A program made the translations under genes and the position numbers. Below the pieces are notes generated by a model. It made no database searches and had not been told where the DNA came from. It saw nothing but the letters and a program-made list of their open reading frames with translations. Below, piece after piece: positions 45,060 through 57,100 of a DNA stretch of 64,000 nucleotides (position 1 is its first letter; every line of letters starts with the position of its first letter). Source of the DNA: Nemertoderma westbladi (Eukaryota > Animalia > Xenacoelomorpha); NCBI GenBank assembly GCA_032718475.1, contig JAUCBJ010001096.1, forward strand, positions 35,871 through 99,870. The letters run 5' to 3'.

Positions 45060-46374
45060 ATCCCTTCATAGTAGACATGTACAGAACGACAAGTTCCACA
45101 AGAAATGAAAACATATAAGTTGGTGCCAGTTCCCAAGAAGGGCAATCTAACACTCTATGGTTCTTTTCGGGTAATCTCATCGATCTCGATTGCTGCAAAG
45201 CTATACAATAGAATTCTATTAAATCGCATCAGTGATCCCATTGAGAGACTGCTACGTGGAAATCAGAATGGGTTCCATAATAGTCGTCAGAGCCCATTTT
45301 GGCACTTAGAAGGATAAATGAAGAGTTATCAAAAAAGAAATACAGGCATCTGTTATCTTTGTTGACTTCTTCTCTTCAAGGCCTTTTATTCAGTCTCACG
45401 GTCATGTATGTTCAGCATACTTTTATTATGTGGGATTCCTGATGAAATTATTGCAGTAATCAGATCAGTATAATATGGTTCGACAACATCTGTGTCTACT
45501 GTTGATGGTGACACAGAACCATTCAAAGTTTTATGGGGAGTCCTTCAGGGAGACACACTTGCGCCATTCTTGTTCATAATTGTTGTTGGCTATGTTGTAC
45601 GCATGTCCTTAGATCATCATAATGATGATGGGGTGATGGTAACTCCACCTACTGGCTCCAGAAGTCAATGAAATCGAACTAACTATCTAGACTTTGCTGA
45701 TGACTTCAGAGTTCTCTCAGAATCACGAGAGGGAGCCCAACGGATCCTCAGCTCATTAGAACATGCTGCTTCTAGTGTTTGTCTTTTTAATAACTCCAAA
45801 AAGAACAAAATTTTGACAGTTCACTTTGAAAGTCCACAGCAAGACTCTGACCGGATGTGCATAAGCTCAAAGGATGGTATGTTTGAGCATGTGGACGACT
45901 CCTGTTACCTGGGATCATGGATCCGGAAGTCTCATGAGAAACTTCGAATACGTAAGGGAAAGGCATGGGCAGCCTTGAATGGGCTTTCCAGGATTTAGAA
46001 CTCACATAGAATTCATCGGAAACTTAAGTTCGGATTATTTAGAGCAGTAGTAGTTCCAGTACTCCTCTATGGGAGTCCATGCTGGACTCTAACTGCTGAG
46101 GACACCAAATTTATGCATATTCACAAGAATGCTACACCGATTTCATTGTGTCAAGTACAATTCACACATCTCCAACCAGACACTCTATAACATTGGAGGT
46201 GTCTCATTGGTTCCCCCAAGTTTGACACCAAATCACAGCCACCTCCGCTTTGCGGGGCATTCTGATATTGCTTTCGCCGTGAGGACGAGCCAGTGCATAA
46301 TCTTGTGCTTTGGTGGCCTCTTGGATTGAATGAGAATTGTGGACAGCCCATGACTTTCTTGAGACACATCTTAA
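45060..46374 (+). mobile_element. Degenerate RTE-clade LINE (same family as 13355-14760)
   Basis: LVPVPKKG, KLYNRILLNRI, GVLQGDTLAP, FADD, CYLGSWI. Colinear nucleotide similarity to 13660-14630. Many stops. Confidence 0.85.
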
Positions 46375-46500
46375 CCCTATTAAACCCGGGGTGGGTGGGT
46401 CGATATGACCCCCTCCCCGGTTTTTTTTTACTTTTATATGCCAGTATGCAGGTTTAGTGAAATTAATATAATTAAATTAACAAATCAGAATATTCATTGT
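46375..46500 (+). mobile_element. Possible piggyBac-like terminus inserted at TTAA
   Basis: RTE homology stops exactly at TTAA (46371-46374) and is followed by CCCTATTAAACCCGGGG… The other end was not found. Confidence 0.45.
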
Positions 46501-46525
46501 TACAATATTATATACCGGTACCTAG

Positions 46526-49031
46526 TGTTGTAGGGCTGCAGGTTCCGTTGAGTGCCATTGCGCTGGTACTGCAGTGTACGGTACATTAACAGTAGTAGTA
46601 AGTATCTACGGTCACAGTCTGATAGTAGATACTAGAAAAAAGGAGTTGGCAGGGAATTCAAATTAACAGTCCATGTACACATGTACAGTACTTATTAAAT
46701 GCGCTTATAAAATTAAACTCCCCCTCAAATCTGCGAATGAATTCCGATCAGATCCCGGAACATAGTCAGTTTTGCTTTGGTGAGGGCTTTCGTAAGAATG
46801 TCTGCTAACATGGCATCCGTAGGACAATACTAGAGCTCGAGGTCATGAATAATGAGTAGGTCTCGCACATGGTGGTACTTGATGTTTATATGTTTGGTAC
46901 GGGCATGACCAATGGGGTTCTTGGCCAGTTTGATTGCGCCCTGATTATCACTGAATATTACCAAGCTGCAGAGTTCTGGGTGCTGCATCTCTACAAGGAG
47001 GCGATTGAGCCAAACACGCTCTTGGGTGGCCTGGCTGAGGGCATAGTACTCGGCCTCACATGTTGACAATGCAACAACAGTTTGTTGTTTGGATCTCCAA
47101 GTAACAGGTGCACCACCTAGGAGAAGATGTAGGCAGAAGTGGATTTACGAGTGGCTTGGTCTCCTGCCCAATCAGCATCAGAACACTCCACTAGTTGATC
47201 GTGATCAGAACGAGTGTATATGTTTGAATGATTGACAGTGCCACTTAGATAACGTAGGACGCGCCTCGCAGCAGTATGGTGAGCTTCAGTTGGTTTACAC
47301 ATATGGTTGCCAAGCTGAGATACAGCACAAGCGATGTCTGGTCGTGTACCGAGAGCTGCATAAAGAAGGCTACCAACAATGGATTGGTATTCCTGCAGTC
47401 GAATAGGTTCTGCATCTAGGGCGGCAGGCTCAAGAAAAGAGTTTGCATCCATTGGGATGGTTGCAGAATGACAATTGTTCATGTTGAAGCGCTTGAGTAC
47501 TTCTGTCAGATAGCGCTTTTGTAATAATGTGGTAATGCCAGCTTTGTGATCTTTTGAGATACAAATGCCTAGCACATAATGGAGCTCTCCCTGGTCGACA
47601 GTCTCGAAACCATCTTTTAGAATGGATTTTTCATGCTCGAGGAAAGTGAGGTCAGTAGCATCAATGATGAGGTCATCAACATACATGTTAAGTAGTATGA
47701 GTCCCTTGTCCACATACTTAAAATACAAGCACTGTTCACTTAGACAGCGTGTGTAACCGGAGGCCTTGAGGAATTTGTCTAGTTTGGTATTCCAACAACG
47801 ACCTGACTGCTTGAGTCCGTAGAGACTGTGCTTTATCTTACAGACTGCAGTGCGATGGTTGGGGTCAACAACACCCTCAGGCTGGGACATGTAAATGTCA
47901 GCGTCAATGTCACCATTGAGATAGGCAGTTTTAATATACATCTGATGGATTTCCATGCCAAGTTGGTTGGCCACTGCAATGAGAAGTCGAATGGAGTCAT
48001 AGCGTGCGACTGGAGAATATGTTTCACCAAAGTCAATACCGTTTTTATGGCTGTAACCCTTGGCAACAATGCGCGCCTTGTAGCGGGCGACATTACCGAG
48101 TGCATCCTGTTTGATGCGGAAGATCCATTTTGATCCAATGACATTGGCGCCTGGTGGTTGTTCAACGAGTTCCCAGACATCTCGGTTAATCATGGAGTGA
48201 TACTCATCTTGAGCAGCAGTAATCCAGTCGTTTGCGTGGTTTCTCCTTAGCGCTTCCTTCATGGTGGCAGGCTCAGAGTTATCGAGTGCAATAAACACAT
48301 AGTTTACTTTATCCATCCCATCGCGAATGTCGTCATGATCATCGTATTTTACGACGCCAAGACGGACTGGAGGTACACCTTGGTTGGTGCGAGTAAATCT
48401 CCGAAGTGGAACGAACGGGTGGTTCATTATCGTCATCTGAGGAATCAGACTTTAAATCAGCAATATAAACCGGCCCTGTAAATGGGGTGGATGGTTCCAC
48501 CTGATCATCATGAAGGTACTCAAATGAGGAGTAGTCCCCTTTCATACACTCGCCGAATGTATTTTCCTGAAAAGTGACATTGCGGGAGAAAATGATCTGT
48601 TTACCAGTGACAGACTGACAAAGTTTGTAGGCCTTGGCATGCTGTGAATGACCGACATATCAGCACTGTATCGATTTAGGTTGCAGTTTATTGCATGAAG
48701 GTAAGCGTCACAATCCCAAATGCGAAGAGTTGACATATCTGGTTTGTGATCATTAAATACCTCGAATGGCACCTTATCGGATTTCGCCGAGGTAGGTGCC
48801 ATATTTCGGATGAGTGCGGCATGGACCACGGCTTTGGCCCACCACTCAGGAGGCATCTGGGCGTGGCACAACATTGATTGAACCATCTCTACAAGTGTGC
48901 GATTCATTCGCTCAGCAATGCCATTTTGCTGTGGTGTGTGTGGTACTGTCAGTTTGCGTTTAATGCCGTGTTTGTTGCAGTAGTCCTTGAATTGCTGAGA
49001 TTGTACTCGCCTCCATTATCAAAACGCAAGC
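46526..49031 (-). mobile_element. pol: Ty1/Copia LTR retrotransposon, 3' half (integrase core, RT, RNase H, PPT, 3' LTR about 46526-46717)
   Basis: IN: DNGGEY…TPQQNGIAERMNRTL. RT: SKWIF.IK…RYKARIVAKG…LYGLKQSGR.W…YVDD. RNase H: DADWAGD…STCEAEY…DNQGAI…KHI. Order IN-RT-RH is the Copia order. PPT TTTGAGGGGGAG at 46718-46729. Contains stops and frameshifts. Confidence 0.93.
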
Positions 49032-49362
49032 TGTTAAACAAACTACCCCGGCCTAACCAATAAAGACACAAACTGCTCTATTTATTTGACAGGGCAATCA
49101 GGAGCGTATTATTGCTAATGTAGGGCTGCTAAATACAAAACCGCTACTCACCGTTGGATGGCGCTAACCTGCCGTCCGCTAATATATTTTACTAATTTTC
49201 TACGGCTCCTGCTAATTTCTTGTTCCTTTCTCTACCGATTACTCGATAGAGAGCTAACTGTTCGAATATATGAGCCACGCGGGAATAACCAAAACAATAA
49301 CCCGAATCGGCTCCCTAAGCTGACTTAAAACGAGTGTGAGAGACTTTACACTCAGAGTATAT
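49032..49362 (-). mobile_element. LTR-like fragment truncating the Copia integrase
   Basis: Copia homology ends abruptly at TGTTAAAC (minus strand …TTTAACA), with AATAAA nearby on the minus strand. Confidence 0.4.
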
Positions 49363-51214
49363 TGTTACGGCCTAATCTAGCTGCAAAAACGCGTTAACAA
49401 TTACGTCCTTTCTAATCTAATCTAATCGCATCTAATCGCAAAAACTGGGATTCCCTAACGGAATGTGTGAATGTGAGAATATTTAAATAATCAAAAATCG
49501 GTACAGTGTTTATTTCGGGACTCAAACTTACCTGCGGCTGGCTTTAGACCAGCAATTTACTGATGCGCGCTATATACTGTATACTACGATGTGAATTATT
49601 GTCCGCTAATTCAAATAACCGCCCAGCGTGAATAGTGTACGGTACTCTAAATTATTACCTTAACTACCCTCCGCTATGCTGCGTACAAATTCTTAATTTT
49701 ACTAATTAATTACAGTCACAAATATGTAACAGCGTACTAATTACTAAGTATTCCAGAGTGCGTAATTCTAATTTATTACGCAAAGGATCACACTAGCAAC
49801 AGTCTAAAATACCATATTATTTTCGACCTAATCAGTAATTAATTACAGTAAACTAAGAAATAGAAATCAATCAAAGGGAAAAGAGCGCCTATCCAAGCAT
49901 TCGTGATTTATTAGGCACACTTTAGTAACACACCAATCAGCGTAACAATCTATAGTTTATACTTACCAATTTTAGTTCTTAACGCACAATTCACAATCAA
50001 CAGTCAGATAGCAATTCACAACGTAAAGCACGCAGGTCTCTCCCAGCTACATCTAGGCTTCCTAACTAACCCAATTCCTGTCCCCCTAATACTACAAAAT
50101 AGAGACAAAATCTGGATCATCAGCCCCTAATTACTGCACCGGCGCACCTGACCCGCTCTACATCGCAAACTTGCACCCGCAATAGTACTCCCACCAATGT
50201 TGCTCGCCTTTGAATCCTCCACACCCGCTTCGTCGCTAACCCCCCAATGCGCCCGCCGCGCTTACCGGTAACCTAGCCCTCCATCAGAATGAATAGCTAC
50301 CGTAGCGGCACATGCAAATCTCAAAGTCTGACAGTCTAAGAAATCCCGTAGGATTATTGTGTCGAAAGGAATCACATAGAACCATTTACTAAAGGGTAGA
50401 AATCATAGTTCCAATTTGTAATTAACAGTAATCGTTGGGATTGATTGAGAAACACAAACAAGAATCAACAGAAATTGCAAATTAGCGAATCATTGCAAGA
50501 AAATCAAAAGGGCAGTAATTTACACAAAAAACTAAGCATCAAATAATAGTTGAACATGAAGGGTAACTGAAGTGAGAAGTAAGTGTAATCCTTACACTGA
50601 AGTGTAAGGATTACAGACACACCGGCAAAACGCCAATTTATAGGTGATTTGAGAGGGATGATGCAATCGATCTCTCATTGGCTCCCCAATTCGAGCTATC
50701 ATTAGACCAACCTGGAAGCAGTTAGGCCAATAAGAGAGCCGGATTGTGAACCTATTGCTCCTTGAAATCGCAAATCGTTACCATAAAAGGTAATTTTCCC
50801 GATGCTTAATTTGGCGGTACTAATAATATCATGCACAAAGGTTAATTTAGCGCAATTATAGAGAAAATTAAAACCAGTAGCTAGCCCCATCAAGGCTAAT
50901 AACAGCAAGCCCATATCCAGGGTCCAACAAGAACTTGCTACCCTGGAACTATCTACTTATATCCTATTACAAAATTACATAGGTAGGGCTACATACTACA
51001 AAATGGATGAGTTCAAAATATATGGGCGTTTTATTTTCCTTATCTAAATATCATTGCGCGTTATGCCTTATCTAAATAATTATACTGCATCACGGACTAA
51101 TATATGATACTATATAGTGAACTAATATATTATACTGTATGATGGACTAATATATGTACAGTATAACGGACTAATATATTACATAATGTAAGTACAGCGC
51201 CATATACCGTAACA
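49363..51214 (-). mobile_element. Putative long LTR (about 1.85 kb)
   Basis: Perfect 8-bp inverted termini TGTTACGG (49363) and CCGTAACA (51214). Non-coding. A weak purine-rich GGAGCGG lies immediately 5' on the minus strand. There is no second copy in the window. Confidence 0.55.
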
Positions 51215-51733
51215 CCGCTCCAAGGGAAATCAGGCAATGTTTCCCTCCAATTGTAGAAGAGTGTAAGGCGATGTATACAAAACAAAATAAATCTCTTTCA
51301 AATAATCTAAATATCTTGGTACTATAATAATTCTACTATTTACAAATATTGCTATAGATATTGCATAATGAATTGCATACAAATTAAATTTACAAAATAT
51401 TCTCCTTTTCAAAGTTAACGATTATTACATACAAATTAAATTTACAAAAAATACTGTTTCTCATTCGTTCTACATAATGATTACTACATACAAATTAAAT
51501 TTACAAAAATATTCACCTTTCAATATATAAAATTTGCTAGGGCAGGTGAAAGGAGTAAGCCTAACCCGCAGGTTTGTCTCCCCAATCACCTCCTTCGCCT
51601 CTCTCATAATATAAATTCAAATCAGTGCGACTAGTGTATATGAGTCCAGTCGAATGTTTACAAAATGCTACAATATACATCAGAGCGACGATGATGTATA
51701 TATCTAGAGTCTGTCGCCCCGTGATACGATGCA

Positions 51734-54109
51734 TTACCGACCCGCTCCTGGGTTCTTCGGGCTCGCTCCCCTCTTTCGCCCCCTTCCCAGATACACCAAC
51801 CATCCTCCAGTCGATTCTGTTGACGTCATCCGCGAGGCGTCACTCCCCGGAACCGGCGACGATGTTCCCTGAGCCCCGACAGATTCCCGGCTCGTGCTTC
51901 TCCCTCGGCCTCGTCCCAATTGTCGTGCTCCTGTGGTCGCTTCCGCCAACTCTTCCTTTTGCAATTGCACGCACGCCTTCTCCGACGCCCCCTGCGCCTT
52001 GCGCTGCAATCGCTGAGCCTCTATAATAGAATGGTAGTGATCGTCCTTGACTTGACGCTTGTCTTGGACCTCTCCTCCTGGTTCCTTCCGTGAGCCTTGA
52101 GCTCCAACGGTCATCACTGTGGGCGCTGTGGTTCGCTGTTCTTCGATTCTCAGAGCGGTCAACGACCCCACTGGTACGTGAGTCAATAGGAATTCGTTGC
52201 GGTATTGAATAGCCGCCATCCTCCAATCTCCTCGCGCACGCACCACCTTTCTAGTTTCCGAAAATAGACCTTTCGTGATACGGTCGCAAATAGCAACAAA
52301 GTTCCAAGTGTACTTATTATCCATATTTAGTTGTCTGAAGTATTCCCGAACAACTATGACTCCAGTGTTCTGTGGAAGGTCTTGAGCGGTTAGGATGAGC
52401 TCCTGATATTGTGGTAACGACTGCAGATATGGCTCGTACGCAACATGTGATGGGACTACCGCCCAAAATCCATATCCCGCCTTAAATGGTAACCAACGCA
52501 TCTGCGCTTGGATGTGGTAGTCGGCCACACTCTCCCACTTATCTAGCATCTCCCGAAGTAGGTTAGCGCTATGGTTTTGGAAGGAATCATCTCGCAGTTG
52601 GCATCTCGTGCTACGATGTCCCTTTACTCCACAATATCCGCATTGAGAAATGAAAACGGTGCACGTATGAAACGAGTGGTCAGTCTCGTAACACCAACGG
52701 CAGACCTTATGCGCCGCCTCCACTACCGCGTCGCACGATTTTTGATTGTGCCTTGTGCTGCCACACAACTTGCACCTACGCGCTTGTGGAAACCAGGCCC
52801 TCTCGTATATGAGGTCTCCAATCGGTTTCGCACTTCCTTCTTTCCGAATGTCTAATACGATGTCGTCCTCTCCGGTTAAAGGTTGACGATCCGGAACGAA
52901 GTAAACATCCTCGCCCTTGTCCTCTATCTCCAATATTTCCTCCCGCGTTCGTTTCGGATATGTCTTCTCCACCGGAAGATCTACTCCAAACACCTCTACT
53001 AACGTCTCCGGCCAACCCTCTCTAACAGGTCTATCAGCCTCCGAGTGGAAGGGAGTACCAAACCCGCAGGTTTGATTCCCGAACCACTTCTCCAAAGCCT
53101 CTGGCGTCGGATACTCCATCGACGGTCGGTCTCCCAAATCCCCGATATTCTGTCGATATATCCCTTCGAATATCGCTAATCCTCTCCTAACCATCGACGT
53201 ATTCTCCAGCGATTGGTTGAAGAACGGGGTTAAGAAACGCTTCATCACGTCGGATTGGATTCCCCCTTTCGAGCGAACGTATTGATCTCCTACGAACACC
53301 AATGGATGACGCTTCAAAACTTGCGCAACGATATCCGCTAATAAACAAGTTACCGTGTTCGACTCAAGCACCAAATAATATTGTAGTGACGCACGGGGTG
53401 GCGCGCATATGTTCCAATACACTAACGCTTGCCGCTTGAAGTGGGATTTGAACTCTGCTCCCGGTGCCGTGTTATATTCACCATACGCCTCCTCGTACTT
53501 CTTCTGCGTCTTCAACTTGAAGTCCCAATTATATAATAAATGTGCTATGAAGCCCATACCAGTCTTGGCAGAGTTGGGATACTCCCTATAAATTCCAATG
53601 TCTTGTGCCCATAGCAACAATAGCTTGGTGTCGACAAACGGTCTCGGCAATCTATCTTCTAAATCAGTCATGGCGTTGAAGTCACTCTCCAAATCGCTCT
53701 GGACTCCCGATCCCACCTTGACGTAATCTTGGTTAAGAATAGCCTCTCTAACCTTCTTGGGTAGCACCCTGGAGTCGATACGCTCTGCTCCGTGCATACC
53801 TCCTCGCCTGCATACCTCCAAAATCTGTTCCCTAGGATCCTTCCCTTTCCGATATTGTGTCGTGATTATGGGCTCCGGTCTCTCTCTATCCGCTCTTATG
53901 CGCATAAACACATGAGTCACACCATCGGCCGCGCAAATTTGAATGCACTTACTAGTCAAGCATTCCTGATGAGACCCTCCTTCATTGTCGTAGAACATCA
54001 CTCTCCAATCCTGCAGTGATTCCTCCGTTTTCCTCCACTGACGCTGAATCTCGTCGGATGGGGTCCACATGCGCTCCACATCCCGCACAGTTGAACCAAC
54101 GCCAGTCAC
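51734..54109 (-). CDS. DEDD-family (WRN/RNase D-like) 3'-5' exonuclease fused to three CCHC zinc knuckles; probably a retroelement accessory ORF, likely 5'-truncated
   Basis: ExoI VMFYDNE; IQIC; LPKKVREAIL…VKVGSGVQSD (ExoII); FVDT; W…LQYYLVLE (ExoIII-like). Knuckles CKLCGSTRHNQKSC, CRWCYETDHSFHTC, CGYCGVKGHRSTRC. Intronless 791-codon open frame. Confidence 0.75.
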   Translation of the reverse strand: MTGVGSTVRDVERMWTPSDEIQRQWRKTEESLQDWRVMFYDNEGGSHQECLTSKCIQICAADGVTHVFMRIRADRERPEPIITTQYRKGKDPREQILEVCRRGGMHGAERIDSRVLPKKVREAILNQDYVKVGSGVQSDLESDFNAMTDLEDRLPRPFVDTKLLLLWAQDIGIYREYPNSAKTGMGFIAHLLYNWDFKLKTQKKYEEAYGEYNTAPGAEFKSHFKRQALVYWNICAPPRASLQYYLVLESNTVTCLLADIVAQVLKRHPLVFVGDQYVRSKGGIQSDVMKRFLTPFFNQSLENTSMVRRGLAIFEGIYRQNIGDLGDRPSMEYPTPEALEKWFGNQTCGFGTPFHSEADRPVREGWPETLVEVFGVDLPVEKTYPKRTREEILEIEDKGEDVYFVPDRQPLTGEDDIVLDIRKEGSAKPIGDLIYERAWFPQARRCKLCGSTRHNQKSCDAVVEAAHKVCRWCYETDHSFHTCTVFISQCGYCGVKGHRSTRCQLRDDSFQNHSANLLREMLDKWESVADYHIQAQMRWLPFKAGYGFWAVVPSHVAYEPYLQSLPQYQELILTAQDLPQNTGVIVVREYFRQLNMDNKYTWNFVAICDRITKGLFSETRKVVRARGDWRMAAIQYRNEFLLTHVPVGSLTALRIEEQRTTAPTVMTVGAQGSRKEPGGEVQDKRQVKDDHYHSIIEAQRLQRKAQGASEKACVQLQKEELAEATTGARQLGRGRGRSTSRESVGAQGTSSPVPGSDASRMTSTESTGGWLVYLGRGRKRGASPKNPGAGR

Positions 54110-54119
54110 GGTGGTACCA

Positions 54120-57100
54120 GCTAAACCATTAAAAATGGATCTACCCAGTCTGCTTCAATTGCGGAGTTAAAGGGCATTTAATCAAGTTTTGCAAGAGACC
54201 ACTTAAAAGAAAACCGCATAACCTAAACGTGGTCCAAATGGGGACAGATAACACCGCCATACCTCTTAATCACTTGGAAGAAACACTAGATAGTCTTCTC
54301 ATTACCCTAAGAACAATGCACACTGACAACCCAACCCACACTGGGGATGTGGCCTGGCTCGCAGACACAGGTGCAAAACGAGATGCGATTAGTCTAGATG
54401 ATCTTGTCGATGTGGGAACGGGAACGAATATAAATCTCTACCCAGACGAAAAACTATTGGTAGGACCAGACAGTCAACAGCTGGAATCTCATGGAAAGGT
54501 CAAACTTACAATACAACTCGGTAATAAGGTGTATCAAACCATCGCACATGTCCTTCAGAACGCAAAACACCGGCTGCTCAGTGACAAGGGATGTGAGGCC
54601 CTTGGCTTAATTCCAAGGGGTTGGCCCCATGTCCGATGCAATGCAACATGCCGAAAAACTGTCATTGATTTAGATGAAAAGATTGAAGCATATCACGCCC
54701 AGATATCAGCATTATCTCTTATACCTGGGACATCTGGGGGTTTGCCTGGGGCAAAAGTGACAACAACCATTTCGAAAGTGGGGCTGTGCACAGAGGAGAG
54801 GAAGCAGGCATGATTTCAAGTATGTCTTCGCCAGTGACGTTGTGCTCAAGCCAATGGCTGGTCCGCCAGCTGACATCGAGCTGAATGAAGGTACTATCCC
54901 TACAAAGAGGTACAAACCCTATAATATCCCAATCCACTGGGAGGACAGAGTAAAGAAACAGCTCAATGATATGTTTAATGCAGGGATAATTCGAAAGGTA
55001 GGTCCTAATGAAGCCACTGATTGGGTGAGTCCTATGGTTGTAGTTCCCAAAAAACACTCAATAGAACCGAGAATAACTATTGATTATACTAACCTAAACC
55101 CCAGCGTTAAGCGACCAGTCCACCCAACACGGGTACCTACCTAGGGAAGAAGTATCCAATATACATTCAGGTATGACGTTGTTTTCAACCATGGACTCCA
55201 GACATGGATACTGGCAAGTTGAACTATCTAAAAAGAGTCAAGCTCTTACTACCTTTTTGACACCATGGGGCAGATACCAGTTCCTCAGGAATCCAATGGG
55301 ATTGGTCAGCGCAGGTGTTGAACACGATAGTCGTGGCGATGCTGCTCTAGATGGTATGACAAACTTCAAGAAGGTAGTAGAAGACATCATAATTTACAAT
55401 AGTAACGAGGAAGAACATGATGATAATTTTCGGGCCATCTTGCAAAGATATAGAGAGCACAACATCACTCTGAGCTGGAAAAAGTTTGTTTATGGTCAAT
55501 CGAAAGTGGATTGGTGCGGCTTTAGTGTAGACAACAACGGGTATACAGTAAGTACAGCTCTCACGGATGCTATTCGCCATTTTCCCAGACCTAGCTGCAC
55601 CTCTGATGTACGCTCGTTTTGTGGATTGGCTCAACAATTCGAATCATTTTCCCCCGACATTGCTGAGATGATCAGACCATTTTCAGCACTAACCTCATCC
55701 CACGTCCAGTTCCTCTGGGAAGCTGATCAAGAAGTTGCATTTAAAAATGTTATCAACATGCTGATATCACCTAGAGTACTGGCAAATTATAGGGAAGGAG
55801 CGCCAATGCGTCTTGAGACTGACGCAGCTCAATCCTGCTATGTTGGAGAAAGCTGCAATGTGGTTCAAGGACAGTGACTGATGTAGAGAGTAGGTACTCA
55901 GCGACAGAAATTGAATTATTGGGGGTTGTATGGGCCGTGAAGAAGTGTCGCCTCTTTTTACACGGAGCTAGTTTCGAGCTCATTGTTGACCATAGACCCC
56001 TAGTCTCTATTATCAACTCAAAGACCCTAGATCAGATAGAGACTCCAAGAATCATTCGGATGAAGGAAAAACTAGGCTTTTATTGCCCAACGGCTATGTG
56101 GAGGCAAGGCATCCTACATATAGTGGCTGATGTATTCTCCCGATTCCCAGTCGATATACCAGATGAAGAAGACAAGGATGGAGAATGTGAGGTAGAGGAG
56201 TTCGCCATGGCAACTGGAAGAAGGGCCATCGCTGCCATTAATGTAGTGGATGATATCCAACAACAACATTATACCATATTAACATATATCGACCTGTTAT
56301 GGGGCAAAGTACAAAAAGTAGCGACTACTGATCCAATCTACTGATCATTCGCTCATCGCTTTAGTAAAGAGTGGATTCCCTGTTAACAAAAAACTTTTAA
56401 ATGTTAACCTACATCCATTCTGGAACATTCAACACAGTCTCTCAGTAGTTGTAGAAGTCATTATGTATCAAGGATGCTGAGTTTTAATTCCATCTCCTAT
56501 GAGAAAGCAAGTGCTACAAGATCTCCATGCGCGCGCACATCAGGGGAAAGACCGAGTACTTAAACGAGCGAGGCAATGCGTTTTTTGGCCAGGCATTGTT
56601 AACGATGCCACCATAATGGTGGCCAAGTGCAAAGAATGCGAGCTCCACAAACAAAGTCACCACAAGGAGCCGCTATTACAAGATGTTGTACCATCTTACC
56701 CCGGCGAGGCTGTGGTAGCAGACTTCTTAGATCATGCAGCAGGGCGGTCCTACCTCCTCATTACTGATAAACTATCATGATGGCCTGATGTTTTTTCATT
56801 TCATTTCATTTAATTATCATTATTTTATATTTAACATAATAATTTAAAAACATTAAATTAAAATAAAGGGAGAAGTTACCAGGCAAAAAGATGCACTTAG
56901 GATAACCTATACATTGCAGTTTAGATACATAGTAAAATAAATTCACAGATTTCAATTCAAAAAATATAAACAATTTGAAATACATTATGATTAGATAATT
57001 TCAAGTACAGTAAGCTAAGAAGTATGTAATAACAACTGAAATAAAACAAATAACCAGAAGTTCAGTCGATCTAAACATTAAATTAAATTTAAAATTATAT

